From: Octopus vulgaris
Lineage: Eukaryota
Assembly: GCA_951406725.2 (NCBI GenBank)
Contig: OX597834.1
Location: 16,306,001-16,370,000 of the forward strand
Length of the DNA: 64,000 nucleotides
Direction: 5' to 3'
A model generated the notes under the pieces. The model had not been told where the DNA came from, made no database searches, and saw only the letters and a program-made list of their open reading frames with translations. The first letter of the stretch is position 1, and every line of letters begins with the position of its first letter. This document shows, piece by piece, positions 51,866 to 64,000 of this stretch. The translations under genes and the position numbers were made by a program.

Positions 51866-52751
51866 ATGATTATTATTATTATTATTATTATTATGATTGT
51901 TATTATTATTATTATTATTATTGTTAATTTACTTTAGCATTCACATTATTATCGTGTTGTCTCCCAAAATCCCACTTCATCATAACATTTTTACCTCGCG
52001 CTCCAACCAACAATACTGTTTATTAGTATTATTCCTCATGTGTTATCATTATATATTTTTGCTTCTTGAAATACATTTTAATTCAATTTATTTCCACTTA
52101 ATTTATTTATTTATTTATTTATTTATTTACATTCTCAATGGTAGTCCTAACACAACAACCAGCATATAACACCCACCACCAACACCACCACCATCACCGT
52201 CGTCGTCGTCGTCGTCACCATCATCGTTATCATCAATGATCAGTTAGTTACTAGTCAGGTCTATGACAAAGTAAAAAAGTTATTGATACCAGAGTTTAAT
52301 CAACCAATGAGCTATTATATGGTAAGAGTATTCAAATTTTCAACTGGAAAAATGCTTGTTCTGAGGATGTGGTGATAAGTGGGTGGAAGGAATTTGGTCT
52401 TGGCTTCATTCACTCCTTCTTTCTTGCTTTCATTCCTGTCTGTCTGTCTTATTCTTTTATTTCGCCTATTTTTTTTGTACTTTTATTTATTTATTTCTTC
52501 CTTCCTTCCTTCCTTCCCTTTCTTCCTCGGCTTTTTGCATGATAAAGCAATGGAAGAAGAAAAAAAAAAATTACTGGAAATTGAAATTAAGCTTCCAAAC
52601 TAGGCAATTTATCCACGAAATCATTACACACGCGGCAGCAAACATACACACATAGACGAAACACACACGTCTACATATAAATGTGTATGCATGCGTGTGT
52701 GTATATATATGTGTGTGTGTGTGTGTGTGTATATATATGTATGTGTGTGTG

Positions 52752-52795
<44 letters not shown>

Positions 52796-52884
52796 CAAGC
52801 ACATATACATGTGTATATTCACATATGTATGCATATATACATCCATAGATATATATGTATGAATATATATATATATACATACAT

Positions 52885-52928
<44 letters not shown>

Positions 52929-53100
52929 GCATGCATATACACATATAACCATACATATATGCATATATATTCATATATATATATATATATGCATGCATAT
53001 ACACATATAACCATACATATATGTATATATATGCATATATATATATATATATATATGCATGCATATACACATATAACCATACATATATGTATATATATGC

Positions 53101-53140
<40 letters not shown>

Positions 53141-53230
53141 TGTATCTATACATGTGTATATGCATATGTATATTGTATGTACAGTAGCGAATATGTGAAG
53201 CATATATGTTAAATATGTAGCTGATAATGC

Positions 53231-53280
<50 letters not shown>

Positions 53281-53591
53281 ATATATATATATATATATAT
53301 ACACACACAAATATATATATGTGTGTATGTGTGTATGCATTTCTGTATGTGTCTATATATGTATAATTAACTGTTATCTTTATATAGAATTGAATAAAGT
53401 TTTATATAAATCAAGACATACACACAAAAAAAAAAATGACAAATAATAGTAATAAAATAAGGAAATTCTAAAACAAAACAAGAATGAAGAGAATGGTTGG
53501 GCGGCAGGAGGCACTGGCTGGGGAGAAGGGCGGACAGAGGAGATACAGAAGACAAAACAGGCAAAAAATATAAAGTCACACACATATATAT

Positions 53592-53637
<46 letters not shown>

Positions 53638-53761
53638 ATTAAAATTGAATGGGAATAAAAGGTAGGTTGCTGGGGGAGGAGGGAGTTAGAAACCACATTG
53701 GTAAAAGAGAATTATAGGAGAGAAAGAGAAAGTGTGAAGGAGAAAAGGAAAAAGAATAAGA

Positions 53762-53795
<34 letters not shown>

Positions 53796-54009
53796 CAATA
53801 TTTGTTCATTAATACACACCATTTCACTAGAGTGGATAGAACCAAATGTCTAGAAGACAATCAAACGAAAGATTGAAAGAGAACAGCCCAATGACATAGA
53901 GAAATATATCCGTTTGCTGATATATTTAGTATGTTATATCAGGTTTAAATCTCAACACATTTTTTTTTCTCTCTCCACGTTTTCATTTTTTTTTTTTTTT
54001 TGACTTCTC

Positions 54010-54135
54010 ATCCTTTTCTCTCAAAGAGCCGAGGCTAGAAATGTCAAAGAATTCCATTCTTCCCAAGCATCAAACTAATGCACCTGCTGGTCGTTCCCTC
54101 ACCTGTTGTCTTTTGTTTTCTGTAAATTTAAACCA
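54010..54135 (+). mobile_element. Degenerate copy of the hammerhead-like short repeat
   Basis: ...aagagccgaggctagaaatgtcaaaga...aaactaatgcacctg aligns to the 13070 and 21000 copies. Confidence 0.5.
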
Positions 54136-55139
54136 TATATAAATATATATATACAACTAATAAATAAGGGCAAACAAAAAAATTTCTAATGCCAAATATG
54201 CTGAAATTAGACACATTGTCCATAACCATTATAATTTTCTCACAATACGCACGCTACTCAAAAAAGGTCGACAGAAATTTCTAAAAAATTCCATTATTAC
54301 CATATCGGACCAATTTCAGGGTTGGTTCGTAAGAACCCTCCCTTCATCAGTCATAAATGTGGCAAAGAAATAAACTTCATCATCATCGTCGTGTAAATAA
54401 TTTATGTTATTATATTTAATAATATGGAGGCGCAATGGCCTAGTGGTTAGGGCAGCGGACTCGCAGTCGCAGGATCGCAGTTTTGATTCCCAGACCGGGC
54501 GTTGTGAGTGTTTATTGAGCGAAAACACCTAAAAGCTCTACGAGGCTTCGGCAGGGGGTGGTGATCCCTGCTGTACTCTTTCACCACTCTTTCTCCCACT
54601 CTTTCTTCTGTTGGCCTCCTCGTCATTCGAAGGCTAAAACAATGCGAACGCATTGTGACCAGCGATGTGTAACAACATCTGATGGTCTGGTCGGTCACGT
54701 GATATTTAATAATAAATAAATTGCTTACATACTGCATTAATGAAAAATGCAAAAAATCCTTCAAAATAATGCAGAATTTAAGCTACACCCTGACGAGAAA
54801 GAAAGTCTTTGTTAAATACATATATATATATATATATATATTATATATAATGTGCATTTGTACCGGTGGCACATAAAAAGCACCCACTCCACTCATGGAG
54901 TGGTTGGCGTTAGGAAGGGCATCCAGCAGTAGAAACCATGCCAAATCAGATTGTGCCTGGTGCAGCCTCTGGCTCACCAGTCCTCAGTCAAACCATCCAA
55001 CCCATGCCAGCATGGAAAGCAGATGGTAAACATGCATTGTGATCTACCATTAATACCTGTCGACTTCCATCCCCATGTTATATTATTTTTATTATATTAA
55101 TCCTAAGCAGAAAAGTATATATATATATATATATATACA

Positions 55140-55564
55140 TTCAAAATGTGACCGTGTGTGCACCGTTGGCGATTTTTTTTCCTCTGCCTTCCCTTCTCTG
55201 GATCTTTCCTTCTCCAATGTTTCCGACAAAGAGCTCCGCTCGAAACCCTCCTTCTTTCCTTCTTTCCTAAGCGTCCAATAATACTATATTTTTTTTCCTC
55301 TGTCTTCCCTTCTCTGGATCTTTCCTTCTCCAATGTTTCCGACAAAGAGCTCCGCTCGAAACCCTCCTTCTTTCCTTCTTTCCTAAGCGTCCAATAATAC
55401 TATATTTTTTTTCCTCTGTCTTCCCTTCTCTGGATCTTTCCTTCTCCAATGTTTCCGACAAAGAGCTCCGCTCGAAACCCTCCTTCTTTCCTGAGCGTCC
55501 AATAATACTATATTTGTTCCACGTCCTCGCGTTGTTGTGTTCTTTTGTGCTTTCTTGTTTGGAT

Positions 55565-55568
<4 letters not shown>
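55140..55568 (+). mobile_element. Same family as 33782-33995, with a 116-bp internal unit repeated three times
   Basis: cctctg recurs at 55181, 55297 and 55413 (period 116). (TA)n on both sides. Confidence 0.85.
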
Positions 55569-55599
<31 letters not shown>

Positions 55600-56781
55600 T
55601 TTAATACCTGCATTTATACATACTACATATACCCACATGCGTATGTGCGTGCACATGGTATACATACACAGATGGCTTTCATTTGTTTAATTTTCGATTT
55701 TCCTTTATTTATTGAAGAACTTCTCTAAACACAGCAGAAAAACTCAAGAGTGTAGTTCCTGTTAACAAGCAGCATCAACTTCAAACAACATTGTTCCGTA
55801 TTAATGGAAGAGGTGAGTTTGCCAAAGAATTTCCAAAATGACAAACCATTTACTCAATTTATATATCATTTCCCCCAAGAATTATCTCCTCTTACATTGT
55901 TTAATTTTATCATTATCATCATCATCGTTATTATCATTACTATTGCTTTAAGGTGGCAAGCAGGCAGAATCATTAGCACGCTGGTCGAAATACTTAGCGA
56001 TATTTTGCTTGCCACTACATTCTGAGTTCAAATTCTGCCATGGTTGACTTTGCCTTTCATCCTATCAGGGTCTACAAATTAAGTACCAGTTGAGTACTGG
56101 GGTCGATGTGATCAGCTGTCCCCACTCCCCAGAAAATCCAGGCCTTGTGCCTATAGTAGAAATGACTATTACTATTGCTTTAAATAAATTTCTTATCTTC
56201 CTTTTTTTTTTTTTTTTTTTACCCTTTCCTTATTCCCAGAATGTCTTTTACAGAAATACAAGAGAGGAGGAATGACATTTGGCTTGGACAAAGTAGTAAA
56301 AGTAGTAGTAGTAGTGGTAGCAGCAGCAATAATAATGGTTTGATATTTTGGCACAAGGCCAGCAATTTCAGGAAGGGCTAAGCCGATTCTTTTCTACTCG
56401 AGGCACAAGGCCTGAAATTTTGGTGGAGGAGGCCAGTCGATTAGATCAAGCCCAGTATGCAACTGGTACTTAATTTATCGACCCTGAAAGGACGAAAGAC
56501 AAAGTCGACCTCAGTGGAATTTGAACTCAGAACATAAAGACAGAAAATACTGCTAAGCATTTCGCCCGGCATGCTAACGTTAAGCCAATTACATCAACCC
56601 CAGTGCACAACTGGTGCTTATTTCATCAACTCTGAAATAGTGAAAGACAAAGTCGACCTCGGCGGAATTTGAACTCAGAATGTAAAGAGAGGCAAAATGC
56701 TTAGCAGCATTTCCCCCAACATGCTAACAATTCTGCCTGGTTACCACCTTTCAATAATAATAATAATAATCTTTTTTTTTA

Positions 56782-56954
56782 TATATATATAGGCGCAGGA
56801 GTGGCTGTGTGGTAAGTAGCTTGTTTACCAACCACATGGTTCCAGGTTCAGTCCCACTGCGTGGCATCTTGGGCAAGTGTCTTCTGCTATAGCCCCGGGC
56901 CAACCAATGCCTTGTGAGTGGATTTGGTAGACGGAAACTGAAAGAAGCCTGTCG

Positions 56955-56986
<32 letters not shown>

Positions 56987-57210
56987 CGTGTGTTTGTGTG
57001 TGTGTGTTTGTCCCCCCTAGCATTGCTTGACAACCGATGCTGGTGTGTTTACGTCCCCGTCACTTAGCGGTTTGGCAAAAGAGACCGATAGAATAAGTAC
57101 TGGGCTTACAAAGAATAAGTCCCGGGGTCGATTTGCTCGACTAAAGGCGGTGCTCCAGTATGGCCGCAGTCAAATGACCGAAACAGGTAAAAGAGAAAGA
57201 GAAAAGAGAG
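56782..57210 (+). mobile_element. SINE family A
   Basis: Full-length, near-identical copy. Older copies at about 60020-60390 (+), 62100-62380 (-) and 21455-21812 (-). Confidence 0.9.
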
Positions 57211-57234
57211 AATATACTCAGACTTATTCCCCAT

Positions 57235-57672
57235 TTTTTTAGGAGTGGGTAGCCACAACAAGACACACACCAGGCTTTCCATTCATTTCCCAGCTGAAAG
57301 GGACGAGCCCCGTTCTATGCTCAGGTCATGGCATAGAACGCAACCCCCAATATCAGCAGCAGGGCCCAACAGCATATGCTGGTTTACCCCCACTGCATCA
57401 TGCTCGTTCCGTACCCCTTTGAGCAACATCAAAATTCACTCATCCATCCACAAACACTCTCCAAGCATCCCAACCATTTATAAACTCTCTTGCTTCTCTC
57501 ATTCCAACACCTCTAACTATCAAAGCTTTCCTCACTCCATCCATCCACACAAACCAAGGTCTGCCTCTGGTTCTGCTGCCTACCACTTCTGCCTTCATCA
57601 CCCACCTTCCCATCTGCTTCTCATCCATCCTCTCCATGTGGCCAAACCACCTCAACGTTCGGCTATCCACTT
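57235..57672 (-). mobile_element. RTE-clade LINE 3' end
   Basis: RTLRWFGHMERMDEKQMGRWVMKAEVVGSRTRGRPWFVWMDGV...W* plus 3' UTR. Confidence 0.85.
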
Positions 57673-58336
57673 TAAACATGTAAAAAAATACTGGTACTTA
57701 TTTAATCGACCCTGAAAGGATTAAAGGCAAAGTCAATCCCGGTGGGAATTGAACAAGAAATCTAACAACTTACAACTTCATTACGAGAGAGCTGATGAGG
57801 AGGTGAGGAGCGGGAGGTAGGGGGGAGAGGCAGAGATGAAGGGGAAGGTGGAGAGTTAGAAAGGAAGCAGAAATAGATGGAGAGGGGGAATTAGGAGAGG
57901 AGGGCAAAGTGAGGGAGATGGTGTGAGGGGGAGTGAAGGTCAGGAAGGGAAGCAGAGGAACAGGAGAGAGGGTGAGAGAAGAGTGTAGGAAGGGAGACAG
58001 ATGGAGAAAGGAAAGAGGGGTAAGGAGAGGAAATGGCGAGGAGGAGGAAAGATAGGAGGAAAAGGGAGTGAGTTATTCTTCTGCTGGTTTATGTTTATTT
58101 TGATTTGATCCATTTGTTTATTGTCTTTTTTATCTCCTTTGTATTTTTATTAATATTTTTTTATTAATTCTGTTCCTCCCTACCACCACCAACCCCCACC
58201 ACACTCTGCAACTTCCACTTTAAATTTTTATTATTTTTCTACAATTTCTTTATTCTGCTGTTGTTTTAGGTAATCATTGTTTTCCTTACCTATTTATTTA
58301 TTTATGAAAGACTGTTATTATTATCCTTTAAAGTCA

Positions 58337-58375
<39 letters not shown>

Positions 58376-58936
58376 CAGGGAGAGAAAGAGAGAACGGGAG
58401 AAAGAGAGAGGGAGAAAGAGAGAGGGAAGAAAGAGAGAGAGAGTGAGAAAGACAGAAACAGACAAACTGTCAAAAAATGACAGTGACAGAGAGCAAAGAT
58501 CCGAAATATAAAATTCTAAATAGGTTAAAAAAAAACTCTGAAAAGTAAAAAAAATACACTAAAGAAAAAAGTGCTTACTATTGGAAACAACTTAGAAAAA
58601 AGCAGTATAAATACAAGAATAGGTAAAAAAAGGAATATAAAAAAAAAAGAACTATTTTATATATTTTTTTTTCTTCTCCCACAGAATAAATAAATATAGC
58701 AATTTCATTCATGGCAATAAAAAATAATTTCTGTAATTTGTCAGCAGTATAATTCTGTTAACAGTTCTATACTGACCAATTAACAACGATTTCGTTGAAA
58801 ACGACAAACATCTTATTCCAATAATCAAATCTAAGGGATCTTCTTCGCTCTTTCTTAATCTTATCCCTTTCGCCCTGCCAACTCATACAACTGTGTGTGT
58901 ATGTGTGCACAAATATATATATATATAAACACATAT

Positions 58937-58974
<38 letters not shown>

Positions 58975-58976
<2 letters not shown>

Positions 58977-59618
58977 CTTTACTGCCCACAAGGGGCTAAA
59001 CATAGAGGGGACAGATAAAGGGATTAAGTCGATTACATTGACACTAGTGCGAAACTGGTACTTTATTTATCGACACCTGAAAGGATGAAAGGCAAAGTCG
59101 ACTTCGGCGGAATTTGAACTCAGAACGTAGCGGCAGACGAAATATCTTTTTCTTTACTACCCACAAGGGGCTAAACACAGAGTGGACAAACAAGGACAGA
59201 CAAACGGATTAAGTCGGTTACATCGACCCCAGTGCGTGACTGGTACTTAATTTATCGACCCCGAAAGGATGAAAGGCAAAGTCGACCTCAACAGAATTTG
59301 AACTCAGAACGCAACGACAGACGCAATACCGCTAAGCATTTCGCCCGGTGTGCTAACGTTTCTGCCAGCTCGCTGCCTTATATATATATATATATATATT
59401 TCTTTACTGCCCACAAGAGGCTAAACATAGAGGGGACAGACAAAGGGATTAAGTCGATTACATCGACACCAGTGCGAAACTGGTACTTTATTTATCGACC
59501 CTGAAAGGATGAAAGGCAAAGTCGACTTCGGCGGAATTTGAACTCGGAAAGTAACGACAGATGAAATACGGCTGCGTATTTCGCCCGGCGTGCGAACGTT
59601 TCTGCCAGCTCACCGACT
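58975..59618 (-). mobile_element. Cluster of three family C SINEs
   Basis: Three successive copies beginning tttctttact(g/a)cccacaag at about 58975, 59149 and 59400. Confidence 0.85.
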
Positions 59619-59675
<57 letters not shown>

Positions 59676-60514
59676 TCATCGTCATTTAAAATCTGTTTGC
59701 CATGCTGGTATGGGTTGGACAGTTTGACATGAGCTGGCCAGAATCCAACTGTCTACTGTGGCATGGTTTCTACAGCTGGACGCCCTTCCTAATGCCAACC
59801 ACTTCACAGAATGTCCTGGGTGCCTTTTACATGCCACCAGTACAGGTGCGTTTTATGTGGCACTGGCGCCGGTAAAGGACAAACCTGTGTGTATGGATGA
59901 CAGCGATTTTACTTAGCTTGACGTGTCTTAGGTACATTAAATCACCACAACCCCCGGTTCATACATACATACATTATGTGTGTATGTATGTGTGTGTGTG
60001 TATGTGTGTGTGTGTGTGTAGGCACAGGAATGGCTTGATTCTCAATGACATGGTTCCAGGTTCAGTCACATAGCATGGCACCTTGGGCAAGTGTCTTCTA
60101 CTATAGCCTCAGGCTAACCAAAGCCTTCTGAGTGGATTTGGTAGATGGAAACTGAAAGAAGCCTGTTGTATATGTATGTATATATATTTATGTGTGTGTG
60201 TGTGTGTGTGTCTTTGACAACTGATGATAGTGTGTTTACATCCCTGTAACTTAGTGGTTCGGCAAAAGAGACTGATAGAATAAGTACTAGGCTTACAAAG
60301 AATGAGTTCTGGGATTGATTTCTCCAACTAAACTCCTTTAAGGTGGTGCTCTAGCATGGCCACAATCAAATGACTGAAACACATAAAAGAATGTGTGTGT
60401 GTATGTGAGTGTGTGTGTGTGTGCACACGCAAATGCAGGTGGCTTAGTGGTTAGGATATTAAGCCCACCATCATAAGGTCCTGAATTTGATTCGCAGTGG
60501 TGCACTATGTTCTT

Positions 60515-60818
60515 GAGTAAATTCTTTGTTATATTTAACCCTTTTGTTACTGTATTTATTTTGAAATGCTCTGTGTTCCTTTCAATTACTTTAAATATAA
60601 CAAAGAATTTAGTAAAATAACTTAGTTACCATTCAGCTAGTGTCAGGAACATAAATTGTGACTAAGGTTTGGTAGAAGATTTTAATTCAAAACTTATGTA
60701 AACAAGACATTTGTACTCAGAGCCAGAGCCGGTTTCAGCCGGGTTGGTAACGAAAGGTTTAAAGTAATTGAAAGAAACACAGAGCATCTCAAAATAAATA
60801 CAGTAACGAAAGGGTTAA
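60515..60818. mobile_element. piggyBac-type MITE family 1 nested in an inverted copy of itself
   Basis: Full copy at 60535-60762. The flanks at 60518-60538 and 60758-60818 join into the reverse complement of its own 5' region at an internal TTAA. Confidence 0.8.
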
Positions 60819-60829
60819 CGAACAAACCT

Positions 60830-62760
60830 TTACCTGCCTTGCGTATCATTCAATACAGACAACATATTTCCCTGGTATCCTTACATCATATATGATACAC
60901 ATTACCAATTCCTTTCGTAAGTCCCAGAGTAACTTGGGACTTGTGAAAGGAAACCTTTATATTGCTCAGAGCCTATTGAAAAAGGACTGGCTAACTGTCT
61001 GCAAAACTAGCCTGGACATTTCGGACAAACTTATGGAATAGCTTCACAAGGGAAAAAGGTTAAGTTTGGTTGGTATATTCCTGCAAGTCGATTTTTCAAG
61101 ACAATAAGGATATCAACTTCCTTGTGGCCTAATTCTTGACATTCCAACCATCACATTACTTTTTCATGTTAGTTTTTTCCTACTATTACCACTACTACTA
61201 CTACCTACCCTACATTTTTGTCTGTTACACAGAATTTGATAATGTGCGAGTTGATCAAATAAGAAGCAATTTATGGGTGGAATCGATGCCACAATCTTTG
61301 TCAATGAATGAAGGAGTGTCCCTGTAGAGCAATAAAAATTTCTCAACATCTCTCCTCAACTGTTTGCCTTCTTCAACGGATCATTTGATTACTTGGACAA
61401 AGGCTCCATTGATTCTTTCCGCTAAAAGCATTTCATTGAGGACGGTAGGGCTGAATTCTTGGATGTTGTGATCCCCATTGTTCGAAACACTCTTTGAACT
61501 CACAGCTTATCAACTGTGGATTGTTGTCAGAAACAATCCTTTTAGGAATTCCCAAAGAGGTAAAAAGAAATTCTATGCAGCTAATCAGATTCTGAGTTCT
61601 GGCTGACTTCATAACAAATATCTCAGATCAATATGATGCCACATCTACAACTAATAACGATTCCCTACAAGATAGAAGCCCCTTAAAAGTTTGATATAGT
61701 TCCTCCCATATGTTTGGCACTGTGAACACTATTAACCCTTTAGCTTTTAAACTGGCCCTATCCAGCCCAAATATTCTTCCTGGTTTTTGTTCAAAGTGGC
61801 CATATCTGTCGTCCGGCATCTCGCACTTACCCTACAATGTCATTCTAAAAACATACAATCTCAAAGCAACAAGATAATACACGGGCGCAGGAGTGGCTGT
61901 GTGGTAAGTAGCTTGCTTACCAACCACATGGTTCCGGGTTCAGTCCCACTGCATGGCACCTTGGGCACCTTGACTGTGGCCATGGCACCTTGACTGTGGC
62001 CATGCTGGGGCACCGCCTTGAAGGGCTTCAGTCAAACAATTCAACGAAGGACGTGTTATTTTTTGAAGCCCAATATTTATTCAGGGACATATAGGTCACT
62101 TTTGCCAAACTGCTAAGTTACAGGGACATAAACACACAAACACCAGCTGTCAAGCAGTGGTGGAGGACAAATACAGACAGACACACATAGATATATGTAT
62201 ATATATATACATATACAAAACAAGCTTTTTTCATTTTCTGTCTACCAAATCCACTCACAAGGCTTTGGTTGGCCTGAGGCTGTAGTAGAAGACACTTGCC
62301 CAAGATGCCAAGCAGTGGGACTGAACTCAGAACCATGTGATTGAGAAGCAAGCTTCTTACCACACAGCCATGACTGCACCTATAAAACAATTCCTAATTC
62401 TCAACTATATTTTTGCTGCTGTCAGGTCACCATACTTTGGTTTCAAGAAGCTGCACTGTTTTTCCATTCCACCGTCATGACACTGATGGGCAACACCTTA
62501 TACGTCTGTCCTCATTTATCACAAGTGTTTGACTCAAGAAAAGGAAAAGAACCAGTGATAAATGATAAATGGATAACAGTACATATGGGAATAAACTGGT
62601 TTCGTTGCAAGACCCCAAGCTGTCTTGAGCATTGTGGATGGTCACTGGAGCATGCTTTTGTCGTCCAAGCAGCATCTTTCTTCCCCTGATCATTGACCCA
62701 TGTTATCAAAGATCAATTTATGACAAGCATAACACAGTTCACAATTGAGCATCCTGTGTT
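60830..62760 (+). pseudogene. Probable decayed, intron-containing PIF/Harbinger transposase
   Basis: Fragments ..LSTVDCC.., SPYFGFKKLHCFSI, DNSTYGN..KTP, LSIV..EHAF, VHN appear in Harbinger DDE motif order. GT-AG intron candidates at 61059-61232 and 61560-62425. Contains stops and frameshifts. Confidence 0.45.
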
Positions 62761-63404
62761 AGCTGGATCAGTGATAAATGGATCGGCAATAAATGAATAA
62801 ACAAGGACAGATGTACTTGCTCTTAATGTTTTGTTCTTAATATTTTGAAGCAAGAGAAATGATAATTAAATCTTCTCACAGAACAAAACCTGATTTCTCC
62901 CTAAGCCCTTGTTTCATAGGAAAAAAAAAAAAACAAGCTCTTACAGATAAATTTTTCTGTTTATCAGATGGCAGAGCTTCATCCTGCTTCTATAACAGTC
63001 ATACTTATTTTACAACTATCACACAATGCCACAAGAAGGACAGACAGACACACACACACACACACGATGGACTCTCCTCTCGAAGACAACATATGAGCAT
63101 AAAGCTTTTTGCCTAACGACCTGCACAAATGATTTGTTTATAGGAATCAAATGTTCGTGCTGCACATTAGTTCGCTCTCTCCATCAAATCGACATTGTCT
63201 GAACGGGTTCAAAGGTAACACACAGCAACATGAGACGAAGTGTTTTGATCAAAAACACAATGCACCACTCAGTCTAGGAATTTGAAATCATAATCGCTAG
63301 ACCAGGAGTGCAACACCCTGACCGCTAAGTTATACGCCAGTGGGCTTCTTTCAGTTTCCATCTACCAAATCCATTCACAAGGCTTTGGTCACAGCCCATG
63401 GCTA

Positions 63405-63646
63405 CAGCAGAAGACACTGCCGTCCAAGAATTTGAACCTGGAGATCTCCATTTCCAGCGACTTCGAGGGCCACCTCCCAGTGGTGTCGGGCGTCAACGAA
63501 GAACCCTCGACTACAACAAGACGACCAAGTTTTTTTGGGTTTTTTTTGCCAAGGTCTGGGGTCTCCCGCCCCTAAGCCCTAGACCATCACCTAATCACCC
63601 TTACCCGTCTTGTTGCTTAACAACAACAACAGCAGCAGAAGACACT
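63405..63646 (+). mobile_element. 5'-truncated retroelement with (CAA)n tail inserted into a SINE
   Basis: 14-bp target-site duplication CAGCAGAAGACACT at 63405-63418 and 63633-63646. Confidence 0.75.
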
Positions 63647-64000
63647 TGCCCAAGGTTCCAAGCAGTAAATCTGAATCTGAAACTACAAGCGCACCAAAAA
63701 TATAGGCGTCTTGTGACTGAACGTGATGTCATCATCATGCAATATCATTAAACACAGATTTAATGTCTTGTGAAGTCGCTTTTCTTCTGACCAACCACAG
63801 ACCAGAATATCGTCATCAATATTACTTATGTCAGGTTTGGATTTAGAAATAGTTCCACTGATGAAAAATGGACAGATAATTAGTTTTACATAGATGTAAA
63901 TGGAAATACGAGCAAATGGAAACCATTGTGTTTTATTTGTGAAAATTATGGTAGCGCTGCTAAATGATAGAACTACTACTTATATCACTGACAACGCTGA

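Noticed and set aside
682-53308. Hundreds of ORFs rich in YI/CV/HT/II/MM repeats
   Set aside because: They are translations of TA, TG/CA and ATN microsatellites, with no protein signal.
55735-55790. Possible TAK1 LLLV..GT.LKICDFG exon (LMLLVNRNYTLE on the minus strand)
   Set aside because: No DFG motif, an in-frame stop follows, and there are no matching splice sites.

Overview
Eukaryotic, AT-rich, microsatellite-saturated DNA whose repeat landscape resembles a coleoid cephalopod, probably Octopus (inferred, not verified). The only host gene I can support is MAP3K7/TAK1 on the minus strand, seen as two kinase-domain exons (44120-44248 and 35996-36053). The rest of the window is intronic. It holds several SINE families, TTAA-type and TA-type MITEs, 3' remnants of R4/Dong, CRE, CR1 and RTE LINEs, and a probable spliced PIF/Harbinger transposase relic. 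Nearly all ORFs in the supplied track are microsatellite artefacts. The most notable signal is a set of type I hammerhead-ribozyme motifs carried by small Penelope-like, non-autonomous elements that mostly sit in or beside (TA)n tracts. One has a fully canonical core (18691-18784) and is locked into a perfect 86-bp inverted repeat. Several have variant cores, one occurs as a 116-bp tandem trimer, and one has a possible tRNA-like head. The near-intact motifs lie antisense to TAK1, while the sense-strand ones are broken.
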